Shown here: positions 41,671 to 50,416 of the stretch, one piece after another
How positions within the stretch are numbered: the first letter of the stretch is position 1
Layout: the number at the start of each line of letters is the position of its first letter
DNA from: a bacterium
GTDB lineage: Bacteria > Patescibacteriota > Minisyncoccia > Phycocordibacterales > UBA918
Assembly (NCBI GenBank): GCA_043719295.1
Contig: JAYSUD010000006.1
Span: 17,318 to 81,317, forward strand
Reading direction: 5' to 3'
Length of the DNA stretch: 64,000 nt
Translations under genes and position numbers: made by a program
The notes under the pieces: model-generated
What the model was told of the DNA's origin: nothing
Database searches by the model: none
The model's input: the letters and a program-made list of their open reading frames with translations, nothing else

Positions 41671-41790
41671 ACGTTTTCTAAGACCTCATCTACTTTGTTG
41701 GACTGCAGAAATTTTTCCTCACCGTACGCCATGTACGGCTCGCAAAAATTTCATTGTCCGCCGCGTATCTGAAGCCTTATAAAACGTCTA
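41668..41790 (+). repeat. Family A element, copy 6
   Basis: TAGACGTTTT..AAAACGTCTA arms starting at the rny stop; CTTTGTTGGACTGC..CTCACCGTAC-GCCAT-GTACGGCTCG. Confidence 0.8.
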
Positions 41791-41853
41791 TACAATATGA
41801 ATACACAAAAAACAGGAGAGACTTTGTCTCTCCTGTTTTTTGTTGTTCTCAAA

Positions 41854-42417
41854 TTACTCTAGCTTCGTTGCAACTACAAACGTTGTGTAGTTGTATTTCA
41901 AGTCCTGTATTGATTCTTCAAGGATATCTAGTCCATAGAGCGTTGCGCATCCTCGCGAGGCTATAACTGCAGTTGTATCAGGAAGTATGCCCGACGCTAA
42001 ATCGCTTGCCGCTTGTGCAGTGTCAGCATACGGCACAATGTCAGCATTACCCCACATACGTTTGATGTACATTCGACATTGTTTAATCGCCTGATCGTGT
42101 GATGAGATGGAGGTTACATGTGACGCAGTTGTTCCTTTCTTCACCAAGAGCATGTGATGCACATCAAGTTCAAACATTTTTTCAATAGCAAATGTATGTT
42201 TTGCCATGGCATACACAGCCTCAAGTACGATACCACCATTTGAATTTTCAATCGGGAAAATAGCCTTATTGCAGGCCCCTGTTTCAAGTGCCGACAGAAC
42301 AGCTTCGGCAGTAATAAGCGGAACTATCTCTCCTTGCTCTATATGTTCATTTTTAATATACGTTTCTCCCGCTTTCTCAGAGAAACTTCCCCGTGCACCC
42401 ATAACTCCAATCTTCAT
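41854..42417 (-). CDS. pheA: Prephenate dehydratase catalytic domain only (no ACT domain)
   Basis: GSFSEKA, PIENSNGG, SHDQAIKQC, NYTTF. Confidence 0.8.
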   Translation of the reverse strand: MKIGVMGARGSFSEKAGETYIKNEHIEQGEIVPLITAEAVLSALETGACNKAIFPIENSNGGIVLEAVYAMAKHTFAIEKMFELDVHHMLLVKKGTTASHVTSISSHDQAIKQCRMYIKRMWGNADIVPYADTAQAASDLASGILPDTTAVIASRGCATLYGLDILEESIQDLKYNYTTFVVATKLE

Positions 42418-42688
42418 ACAAAACACATTAGTTTACTAATACAGAACTATTACATATTTAATTTTTCAACACAAATTACTATTCATATCTCCAAATATAC
42501 GTTTCAAGAATGAGGAAATTAAAAAACTGAAAAATAACTACAACACACAAAGTTATCTTTACAAGTCGTTGCAGGTATAAAACCTTACTATATAATGTTT
42601 CTAAGCCAAATAATAAGGCAGGGCATCAGAAAGAAGAACTGATGCAAAAAGTATTTTTACTCACCATTTAGAATAATAATGGATTCAT

Positions 42689-42961
42689 ATGAACAAGGCA
42701 GATATCATCAACAAAGTACATGAAGAACTAGGTATCACAAAAACTGATGCTGAAAAAGCAGTTGAGACCGTATTATCAAGTATCGTTGATACACTTGTTT
42801 CAGGACAAGAAGTATCTATCGCTGGACTAGGTATTTTCTCAGCTAAGATGCGAAATGCACGAACAGCACGAAATCCACGAACAGGTGAGGCAATCGAGGT
42901 ACCCGCAATGCGCGTTCCAAAATTCCGAGCTGCAAAGGCGCTCAAGGACGCAGTAAAATAG
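42689..42961 (+). CDS. hup: HU DNA-binding protein
   Basis: MNKADII..ARNPRTGE..PKFRAAKALKDAV. Confidence 0.97.
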   Translation: MNKADIINKVHEELGITKTDAEKAVETVLSSIVDTLVSGQEVSIAGLGIFSAKMRNARTARNPRTGEAIEVPAMRVPKFRAAKALKDAVK

Positions 42962-42974
42962 TCTTATCTTACTG

Positions 42975-43013
42975 ATATAAAAAGCTCGCAATTATAGTGC
43001 GAGCTTTTTATAT
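42975..43013. terminator. hup terminator
   Basis: ATATAAAAAGCTCGCA..TGCGAGCTTTTTATAT. Confidence 0.75.
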
Positions 43014-43083
43014 GCTTGATTATGAAGATACGTAATACACACACAATAATAGAGTACTTAAAGCTACATGCTATACTGTATAG

Positions 43084-43180
43084 GTAGCGGAGGTAATAAC
43101 GCTATGAGGATACGCAAAGAGTAAAATCTTGCTATTCCCATCACAAAACAAGAAGCCCTTTAGCCGGGGCTTTTTGTTTT
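43084..43180 (+). ncRNA. Candidate small RNA or leader unit
   Basis: TGcTATACT at 43069-43077; ~100 nt with a hairpin, ending in a terminator at 43145-43180. Confidence 0.3.
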
Positions 43181-43235
43181 CCCAATTAACTTAAAATCTC
43201 CAGTCATTTTTGCTATACTTTAAAAAGATTTTTGT

Positions 43236-43754
43236 ATGAAAACAAAAGGATTCACATTAATTGAGCTACTTGTTGTTATTGCTATCATTGGAATACTCGC
43301 AAGCGTTATACTCGCAAGCTTAGACGCTGCACGGGTCAAGGCAAGGGATGTTAAACGTATTGGTGATGCACGTGCAGTATTGCAAGCTCTTGAACTATAT
43401 TATTTGGATAATGGCCATTACCCCTGTAGTGGATTTAGTTATTCTAATAATCCTAATTTTTTGTCTGTACTTGTAAGTGGCAATTATCTCTCTGAAAGAG
43501 TCACCGATCCTATAAATACCGGCGGGAATATTTACGGGTATACTTCATTAAAAGATAACGTTCCCGGTAGTCAATGTGGTAAATATGCTCTTTTTACATA
43601 CGATGTTGAATCCTCTCCAGGTCAATGTATCCAAGACGGGCAATTTGTTAGCGCAACGCATTGTCATATCCCCTGGCCAACACCACTACCTTGTGGTGAT
43701 CCATGGATGGATAACGATAATTTAACAACGTGTACTACGTTATCTATTAATTAA
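43236..43754 (+). CDS. Type IV pilin / GspG-like protein
   Basis: KG|FTLIELLVVIAII, ARDVKR, ALELYY, DP. Confidence 0.92.
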   Translation: MKTKGFTLIELLVVIAIIGILASVILASLDAARVKARDVKRIGDARAVLQALELYYLDNGHYPCSGFSYSNNPNFLSVLVSGNYLSERVTDPINTGGNIYGYTSLKDNVPGSQCGKYALFTYDVESSPGQCIQDGQFVSATHCHIPWPTPLPCGDPWMDNDNLTTCTTLSIN

Positions 43755-43755
43755 C

Positions 43756-43947
43756 ATGAAACAAAATACACTACTCAATTTGATTATAAAAAACTCATTT
43801 GGAATAATCCGTACTACAGAACAAGCTACTAAATTTTTATTGGTGATAACGGCAATACTAGTTTGTACATCTATTTTTATACTGACAAGGTCAGGAGCTG
43901 TAGAAAACGAGAACCCGCATTATAAGTCTCAAAACGTTAGGGAGTAG
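43756..43947 (+). CDS. Small membrane protein
   Basis: One TM helix; directly follows the pilin. Confidence 0.45.
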   Translation: MKQNTLLNLIIKNSFGIIRTTEQATKFLLVITAILVCTSIFILTRSGAVENENPHYKSQNVRE

Positions 43948-43961
43948 TGCACTAAAAACTT

Positions 43962-44285
43962 TTATATACTTTCAAGCTGATATACATCAATAGAAACCTC
44001 TTCGTAGGGATGCACAGCCTTTATGGCTTCAACTACTTCTTTTAAAATATCTCGAGACAAAACTACTTCGATACGCTCTTCTTCAACTGTTTCAAGTTGA
44101 GCTATTTTTCCAATGTGTGGAGTTGCCCCTTCTGCAGGCTTAAAGCGCCCAGTAACCATTGAGGATATTGAGCAGAAGTCATAGTTTCCTAACTTCCCTG
44201 CTCTTGCGTTACCCATAGCATCACGCACAATGTCAGCATGTGAAAGTGGGACAGTAACGACGAGTTTTAGATCATTTGGTGACAT
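43962..44285 (-). CDS. Stand-alone NIF3/YqfO PII-like domain protein
   Basis: KLVVTVP, AGKLGNYDFCS, HPYEE. Confidence 0.85.
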   Translation of the reverse strand: MSPNDLKLVVTVPLSHADIVRDAMGNARAGKLGNYDFCSISSMVTGRFKPAEGATPHIGKIAQLETVEEERIEVVLSRDILKEVVEAIKAVHPYEEVSIDVYQLESI

Positions 44286-44361
44286 ATAGAGATAGTGTAG
44301 CAGACATGACGATGGCGGGGAATAAGTTCCCCGCCATAAATATTACCAAAAGCTTTACTCA

Positions 44362-44745
44362 TCATTCAACCAAAGGGCTGAGCAGACAAGCTATATTGCT
44401 CGGCTCCCATCTGCGCTTGTTCACCAGCGTTGCTTTGAACTCCGCACACAACACAGTCAGAGATGTACCGGTGATATCTCGATCACTTGCTGAGAACAGC
44501 GTAAACGGAATATGTAAGAACCTCGAATCCGCCCGAACGTCACAAAGTAACTGACCGCCTGTCATCTTCGGCATGTCGTAGTCAGAAATGATATACTCGG
44601 GAAGTTTGGGCATTTTGTTGCACAAAAGATTCCATGCAACTTGTCCATCTTTAGCAGAGACAACGTCGTGTCCGTCGCGCTTAAGTCGCATTGCGAGCCT
44701 TTCACGGATCTCACCCTCATCATCTACATGCAAAATCAAAGCCAT
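44362..44745 (-). CDS. Single-domain response regulator (CheY-like)
   Basis: ILHVDDE, ISDYDMPKMTG; SD GGGAG. Confidence 0.85.
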   Translation of the reverse strand: MALILHVDDEGEIRERLAMRLKRDGHDVVSAKDGQVAWNLLCNKMPKLPEYIISDYDMPKMTGGQLLCDVRADSRFLHIPFTLFSASDRDITGTSLTVLCAEFKATLVNKRRWEPSNIACLLSPLVE

Positions 44746-44938
44746 AGTTATCTCCCTTTGATTCAAGTCACCATCCACTATTGTGGCGTGAGGAAACTAT
44801 ATACTTATATAAAAGTGTTTACAAGAGTGAGGGGAATCGGCCTCAAGTAAACAACCCAGAGGGACTTTTCGAGATATATGATTATGGTTTTCACTAATTC
44901 AGGCATTCTTCAGCTAAATAAGGTAGGATTAAAGGGTC

Positions 44939-45610
44939 ATGAAAATAGTCCTGGTTGAAGATAATCAGACTTTGCAAAAGAGTATTGCCAAAGTGCTGAT
45001 CGACAAAGGTCATCGTGTTCAGGTTTTTTCTGATGGTGAGTCAGCTTTGAAGTGGCTAATGGTAGAACACGAGACTGTGGACGTCTGCATTTTTGATTAC
45101 ATGCTACCCGAGCTCGATGGAGTGTCACTGACATCGCTCTTGCGAGCTGCCAATATAGCCATTCCGATACTGATGCTCACAGCACGAGACACACTCAGTG
45201 ACAAGGTCGCAGGACTTGAGAGTGGGGTAGATTACTATCTTACTAAACCATTCGAGTTTGACGAACTGCTTGTCTGTTTGAAGGTGTTATACCGTCGCCC
45301 ACTGACGTATCAAGTAGAAGAAGTTGAGATTGCGCCTTTGACCACGTGTAACTTACACAACCATAGCGTGTCGGTTGTAGGGAAGGACATACTCCTGACA
45401 CCAACCGAGTTTTTAATTTTAGAATATCTAATCAGACATCGAGGCATGCCGGTTTCGCAACACGAGTTGTATGAGCACGTATTTGATTTTGCTAAAGAAA
45501 ACTGGAGTAACACCATTGAGGTGCACATAAAGAATTTACGTAAAAAATTACAAATTAAAGAGTATGACAATCCCATCAAAACCCTTCGCGGAGTTGGCTA
45601 CACGTTATAA
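44939..45610 (+). CDS. OmpR-family response regulator
   Basis: LVED, FDYMLP, YLTKPF, IKTLRGVGY. Confidence 0.95.
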   Translation: MKIVLVEDNQTLQKSIAKVLIDKGHRVQVFSDGESALKWLMVEHETVDVCIFDYMLPELDGVSLTSLLRAANIAIPILMLTARDTLSDKVAGLESGVDYYLTKPFEFDELLVCLKVLYRRPLTYQVEEVEIAPLTTCNLHNHSVSVVGKDILLTPTEFLILEYLIRHRGMPVSQHELYEHVFDFAKENWSNTIEVHIKNLRKKLQIKEYDNPIKTLRGVGYTL

Positions 45611-46745
45611 GTTTGATGACTTTTTCCGAGCCCGCATCAGATTAACATTACTCTATACGTTAGTAATGACTTTGGTATTGCTCTTTTTTTCCATCTTTCT
45701 GTTTGTGCGAGTCGAACAGCAACTGATAAAACTTTCTGCCAATAGTGGTTCCTCACAATTTATTTCAAAAGAGAAAGCTGTTGCTATAGCAGAGTCACAG
45801 AGTCCTCAAGCACACGTAACTGACATTACAGAAGAGTCACTTCATGACAAGCTGGTCTACGTAGTTGAAATGTACCAAAACCAACAAGAGACAGATGTAT
45901 ATGTTGACCGTGTTACGGGACTTATTTTGTCATCTGCAGATGATGGCGAGGAAGTAGAAACATTTAATGACGTCTTAATAAATGACTTTGAGGAAAACCT
46001 ACTTTGGGCAAATGCAGTTGTTTTACTACTTACAATTTTTCTTAGCTATTTTTTAGCCGGAGCTACACTACGCCCAATCCAGAGGAAAATGAAGCAGCAA
46101 GAACAGTTTAGTCTCGATGTTGCTCACGAAATTCGCACACCACTATCTGCTATTACGGCAGCCGCCGACTCGGTGTTAATAAAAGAAGAGACGGTACCAA
46201 CCTATCAAGAGACACTACTAGACATCAAACGAGAAGCTAAACGTCTTAGTGGTCTCACTGAAGACTTGCTCGCTACTGCTACAGGCGCTAAGCGGACAGA
46301 ATTTGTAGTAGTTGACATACGTGAGGTTATTCATTGTGTGGTACATAGATTGGCGGGACAAGCGCATGAAAAAGATATCCGACTTGATTTGATGGTGGAA
46401 CAAGCGTTTTCGACTTTTGGTAATAAAATTATGCTGGAACGAATGATAGAAAACGTTGTGCATAATGCCATTAAATTTAGTCACAATGGAGGCATGGTGA
46501 AAATTATCCTCAAAGATAGAATGGTCAGTATTTCAGACTCTGGTATTGGTATGTCACCTGAAAACCAAGCTCACATTTTCGAACGTTTTTATAGTGCTGA
46601 TACTTCCCGCAATGAGTACAATAAAAACGGCGTCGGCCTCGGACTTTCAATTGTCCGCAAGATTGCTGATATCCATAAAATTGCCATTCACATTGACAGT
46701 GAGCAAAGTCACGGCACCGTATTCCAATTCTCATTTCTTCAGTAA
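45564..46745 (+). CDS. Sensor histidine kinase with extracytoplasmic PepSY domain
   Basis: ISKEKAVAIA..VYVVE..VDRVTGLIL; AHEIRTPL; NAIKF; DSGIG; GLGL. Confidence 0.92.
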   Translation: MTIPSKPFAELATRYKFDDFFRARIRLTLLYTLVMTLVLLFFSIFLFVRVEQQLIKLSANSGSSQFISKEKAVAIAESQSPQAHVTDITEESLHDKLVYVVEMYQNQQETDVYVDRVTGLILSSADDGEEVETFNDVLINDFEENLLWANAVVLLLTIFLSYFLAGATLRPIQRKMKQQEQFSLDVAHEIRTPLSAITAAADSVLIKEETVPTYQETLLDIKREAKRLSGLTEDLLATATGAKRTEFVVVDIREVIHCVVHRLAGQAHEKDIRLDLMVEQAFSTFGNKIMLERMIENVVHNAIKFSHNGGMVKIILKDRMVSISDSGIGMSPENQAHIFERFYSADTSRNEYNKNGVGLGLSIVRKIADIHKIAIHIDSEQSHGTVFQFSFLQ

Positions 46746-46801
46746 GACTTCAGCTGTAATACGTAGACTTAATTAGTACATTTACTAATTAAAAATTATT
46801 T

Positions 46802-47392
46802 ATGGATCAAGTCTTTAATATTTCTCTGTACAGTCACGTTTTTGTATATTTGTTTTTAGATATAGTCACCATACTGATCTTTAGTTGGGGTATATATTTT
46901 AAGCGTTATTCTGACAGAGAAGGAGTGGTGACATACGTACTCTTCAATGTATTTGTGTTTGTTGTAGTAACTGCATTCTTGCATGCAAAAGAAGGCATAG
47001 ACGCTGGCTTTGGCTTTGGTTTATTTGCGGTTCTCTCACTTATTACACTCCGTAGTGAGACACTCACACGCACAAATATCACCTTCTTCTTCGGGAGTCT
47101 CTCCATTGCCCTCATTAATGCACTTTCACTAGAAAGTCTGGTTGTGGTCTTACTCCTTAACGGTATAATTCTGGCTTCGACTTGGATTATTGACCATCCA
47201 CATCTCTTAAGTGGCGTACAAAATATGAAGATAGTACTTGACCATATTCCAGCAGGCTTGTTGGATACTAATCCAGTGACACTTACTGAGCTCAGTGAGT
47301 CCCTTGGTGTACAGGTACTTACCTACACGGTTATAAACATTAACCAGGTAAAGGACACAGTAAAACTTGAAATTGCGTATAAAAAAATATGA
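46802..47392 (+). CDS. DUF4956-like membrane protein
   Basis: GFGFGLFAVLSLITLRS; adjacent to the VTC-domain gene. Confidence 0.8.
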   Translation: MDQVFNISLYSHVFVYLFLDIVTILIFSWGIYFKRYSDREGVVTYVLFNVFVFVVVTAFLHAKEGIDAGFGFGLFAVLSLITLRSETLTRTNITFFFGSLSIALINALSLESLVVVLLLNGIILASTWIIDHPHLLSGVQNMKIVLDHIPAGLLDTNPVTLTELSESLGVQVLTYTVININQVKDTVKLEIAYKKI

Positions 47393-48195
47393 ATCCCGTT
47401 ACACACCTTGAAACATTTGAATCACTCTCTCTAGAGGCACTTGATGCAAAGGCTGACATGCTCACTCGTATGGACAACAAGTATATCGTACGCGGGCGAC
47501 TCTCCACAAAATGCATAGAAAAGCTGCAGAGGGAATTTGATGTCCTTGCTATTGATAGACACCGCTTTTTCCAGTACCACTCAATATACTTCGATACCAA
47601 CTTACTTTGTTTCAACGAGTATAAAAAAGGCAAGCGTCAAAGATTTAAAGCGCGAACACGTGTCTACCAAGACACTAAAAACCTTGCTTTTTTTGAAATC
47701 AAACTCAGCGGGAAAGGATCTCAAACTGCCAAGTTTAGAATTCGTTGTAATACTGCTGAACATGGCACCTTGCCCCCTCATTTTCTGAACTTTTTGAAGG
47801 AAACATATCGCACACAATATAAAAAAGAGTTCACTCATACGTTGACTCCCGTTGTTTCAACTTCTTATAAACGAGTGACCTTGGTTGCAAAGAAGGGCGG
47901 GGAGCGTCTGACAATCGATTTTGATCTCGTGTTTACTGTCGAGGGTGAAGTTATACCGTTACCACATGATTTTTCAATTTGCGAGACAAAATCAAAAAAT
48001 GGTAATGGTCTGGCAGATAAAATCCTCCACGCAGAACGTATTCATCCTGTACTTGGATGTTCAAAGTTTGGACTTGCAATGGCTTTAAGTGGTAAGGTAA
48101 ACCGCTACAATAAATTCCTTCCAATACTGAAAAAACATCTTAAGGAAAGATTGCGGGAAATCTCCCAAAAATCCTTACATGTCCAACCACGTTAA
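47389..48195 (+). CDS. VTC (polyphosphate polymerase)-domain protein
   Basis: TRMDNKY, YHSIYFDT, RFKARTRVY, FEIK, ERLTID, ETK, SKF. Confidence 0.85.
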   Translation: MNPVTHLETFESLSLEALDAKADMLTRMDNKYIVRGRLSTKCIEKLQREFDVLAIDRHRFFQYHSIYFDTNLLCFNEYKKGKRQRFKARTRVYQDTKNLAFFEIKLSGKGSQTAKFRIRCNTAEHGTLPPHFLNFLKETYRTQYKKEFTHTLTPVVSTSYKRVTLVAKKGGERLTIDFDLVFTVEGEVIPLPHDFSICETKSKNGNGLADKILHAERIHPVLGCSKFGLAMALSGKVNRYNKFLPILKKHLKERLREISQKSLHVQPR

Positions 48196-48526
48196 ACCCG
48201 TTGAGAAAAAGAGAATCGAGTTGGTTGAGCCCGAAACAGAAGATGGTACTGATGCAGATGACGAGGTGGAAGAAAACTCGCTTTTAAGGAAGATGGCGGC
48301 GAAGGTGACAAAATCCAAGGTAACGGAAAAGAGGGTAAGAATAACAACTTGCTCCAAGTACGCCTTTTGGAACTTTTGTAACAGCTCATCGCACTCTTGC
48401 AAAGTCGATAGTATCGACACTTTGGTGCAAAACAAAAACTCCTAACCAGGAGTTTTTGTTTTCTTGTTAATTGGACTTATCACTGTTTGTGAGGTATTCA
48501 AGCCTCCCAGTCGCGTCTCACTAGTA

Positions 48527-48562
48527 TGTGCGGGTGAGAGGAATATCGAAACTTACAGTTTC
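48527..48562 (-). repeat. tRNA-Gly 3'-end-containing element, degenerate copy E3
   Basis: TGTGCGGGTGAGAGGAAT(AT)CGAAACTTACAGTTTC on the plus strand. Confidence 0.75.
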
Positions 48563-48637
48563 AACTATAACCCCACCCCCAACCCACATCACCTATACAA
48601 ATAACCACCACCCTCCCTCAATCTTCAGTATTCTATC

Positions 48638-48823
48638 CTCTGTGCGCACTACGAATTCATTCCTCGTCTAGAATGAGGTTGTGTATTTTATGACTCAAGC
48701 AACTATTCGCGCTTTTACGCGCATGACGTTGATACGTGTTTACGAGTGTCTCAGGCAGTACAACGGTATCTAGGTACCAGAAGCTGTATCGAGATCACTC
48801 AGATTCGTAGCGCACACAGAAGG
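48638..48823. repeat. ~185-bp element with imperfect terminal inverted repeats
   Basis: TCTGTGCGCACTACGAAT ... ATTCGTAGCGCACACAGA, with internal hairpins. Confidence 0.5.
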
Positions 48824-48966
48824 CAGGACTCTTGATTGATAGGGTGTATTAGTGATGACCATTTTCCACATGACAATTGCATACGCCGTATGTAATGAAG
48901 GCTTCCCTTTTAATCAAATTTGTAGTATTGTGCTTTTATAAGAGATGTTCATTCAGGAGAATCACG

Positions 48967-49281
48967 ATGTCATCATACATCCCTACTCCACACCAAGTCG
49001 AAGTGGCTCAAATTCTTATCGCCGAACTGAAGAATCTTGACTCACAAAAAATAAATCGTCTGGGTACGTTACGCGATCTTTGTCTTTCTATCATGAGAGA
49101 ACAAATGGACGGACTCGGAATAAGGCGCGTCAAGAAAATTGAGAAAATGGTGACAGATGATTCATTCGATCATGAACTGCTCAACATCTTCATTGGAATG
49201 CGCAACGACCAACGTGATGACGATAATGAGATAACAAGAGGGATGTTTAATCGGATCCAAGTAGCTCTTGGTCTGACTTGA
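48967..49281 (+). CDS. Hypothetical protein (between E2 and E3)
   Basis: AGGAG seven nt before ATG; 104 aa, predicted helical. Confidence 0.6.
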   Translation: MSSYIPTPHQVEVAQILIAELKNLDSQKINRLGTLRDLCLSIMREQMDGLGIRRVKKIEKMVTDDSFDHELLNIFIGMRNDQRDDDNEITRGMFNRIQVALGLT

Positions 49282-49373
49282 CGGGGAAGTAACGGCTCAG
49301 TTTTTTCTTCATTGTTGGAAGCCCGTTTGGGTCTCGCATGCTTGCGGGGCCCTTTTTTTATATTTAAAAAATT

Positions 49374-49510
49374 GCTGTGCGGGTGAGAGGAATCGAAGCT
49401 TACAGCTTCAGTACACCTTTTGGTTATTTCTTTTCGTTCCTCAAGAAATTGATCAAAAGGTCTTCGATTCCTCACGTAACCTGATACTATCAGGTTACTT
49501 CACCCGCACA
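49374..49510 (-). repeat. tRNA-Gly 3'-end-containing branched palindrome E2
   Basis: GCTGTGCGGGTGAGAGGAATCGAA-GCTTACAGCTTC-AGTAC-stem-TTCGATTCCTCACG-hairpin-TTCACCCGCACA. Confidence 0.9.
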
Positions 49511-49603
49511 CTATGTTCCAACAAAAAAGTTCCTTAAGGGGACTTTTTTGGGAACATATCTGTGCACCTTGTGGGACGATGTTAGAGAAGTTTTAAATCT
49601 GAC

Positions 49604-50071
49604 CTAACCTCTCACTAGATCAAAAAGCTCATTACACTCCTCTCTCATAAACTCTTCAAATAGTTCAAGTTTCGGGTCCCCTGCTTCGAGCACCGCTTTA
49701 CACTTCATATTAATTTGTCGCCATGAAAATCTTTCTGTAGCATGCCCTTCTGCATCTTCAATCGTTGCTCCAAACACAATCCCCCCCATACGTGCCCATA
49801 TTGCAGCTGAAGCACACATCGGACACGGTTCATGTGTTGTATATAAAACCATACCACTCAAGCGTCGCGTCTGTAATTTTGCACAAGCGTTTCTTATTGC
49901 AACTATTTCACCATGAACAGTTGGGTCATTTTCATGTTTCAGATTAGTTGTTCCCACTGAAATAATCTTTCCGTCTTTTTCTATTACAGCACCAAGTGCA
50001 TAGTCACCGTTCTTTGCAGATTCTTTAGCTGCTTCTATAGCTGCCTCCATCATTTTCTGGTTTGGTTTCAT
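49604..50071 (-). CDS. Nucleoside/nucleobase deaminase (TadA/GuaD-like)
   Basis: DPTVHGE, EPCPMC; start moved to MKPNQK, with TATACT seven nt upstream. Confidence 0.9.
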   Translation of the reverse strand: MKPNQKMMEAAIEAAKESAKNGDYALGAVIEKDGKIISVGTTNLKHENDPTVHGEIVAIRNACAKLQTRRLSGMVLYTTHEPCPMCASAAIWARMGGIVFGATIEDAEGHATERFSWRQINMKCKAVLEAGDPKLELFEEFMREECNELFDLVRG

Positions 50072-50090
50072 TAGCACAAGTATAACAAAA

Positions 50091-50224
50091 GGGTGAGAGG
50101 AATCGAAGCTTACAGCTTCAGTACAGGTTGTCAGTATTTTAGTTCGCTTCGCTCTTAAACTACCAGGCAACCTTTTCGATTCCTCACGAAAGTGCGTCAA
50201 AGCACTTTCTTCACTCCGCACAGC
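50091..50224 (-). repeat. tRNA-Gly 3'-end-containing branched palindrome E1
   Basis: GGGTGAGAGGAATCGAA-GCTTACAGCTTC-AGTAC-stem-TTCGATTCCTCACG-hairpin-TTCACTCCGCACAGC. Confidence 0.9.
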
Positions 50225-50269
50225 AACAACAGAAAAACCGTCCCTAAGGACGGCTTTTCATGTTGGCTG

Positions 50270-50340
50270 TGCGGGTGAGAGGAATCGAACCCCCGACTAC
50301 TGCTTGGAAGGCAGTCGTTTTACCACTAAACCACACCCGC
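50270..50340 (-). tRNA. tRNA-Gly (TCC), no encoded CCA
   Basis: GCGGGTG acceptor; ACTGC-CT TCC AA-GCAGT anticodon arm; GGTTCGATTC. Confidence 0.95.
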
Positions 50341-50416
50341 GTGTGAGTACGTAACGTGCGACATAATAGCACTTATTCCTGCAGATTTCTAGCCTCGTTT
50401 GCTATACTCACTGTAC

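Noticed and set aside
43083-43125. c-di-GMP-I riboswitch upstream of the pilin
   Set aside because: GGTAGCGG and ACGCAAAG fragments are in the wrong order and the first hairpin is missing
48175-48445. Overlapping short ORFs after the VTC gene
   Set aside because: No recognisable domain; possibly a remnant, but unsupported
50072-50221. N-terminal extension of the deaminase ORF, and the similar ORF 49170..49475
   Set aside because: Translations of elements E1 and E2
48527-50340. CRISPR array, extra tRNA genes or classical integron
   Set aside because: No regular repeat-spacer period or cas genes; the elements lack D and anticodon arms; no intI or canonical attC boxes were seen
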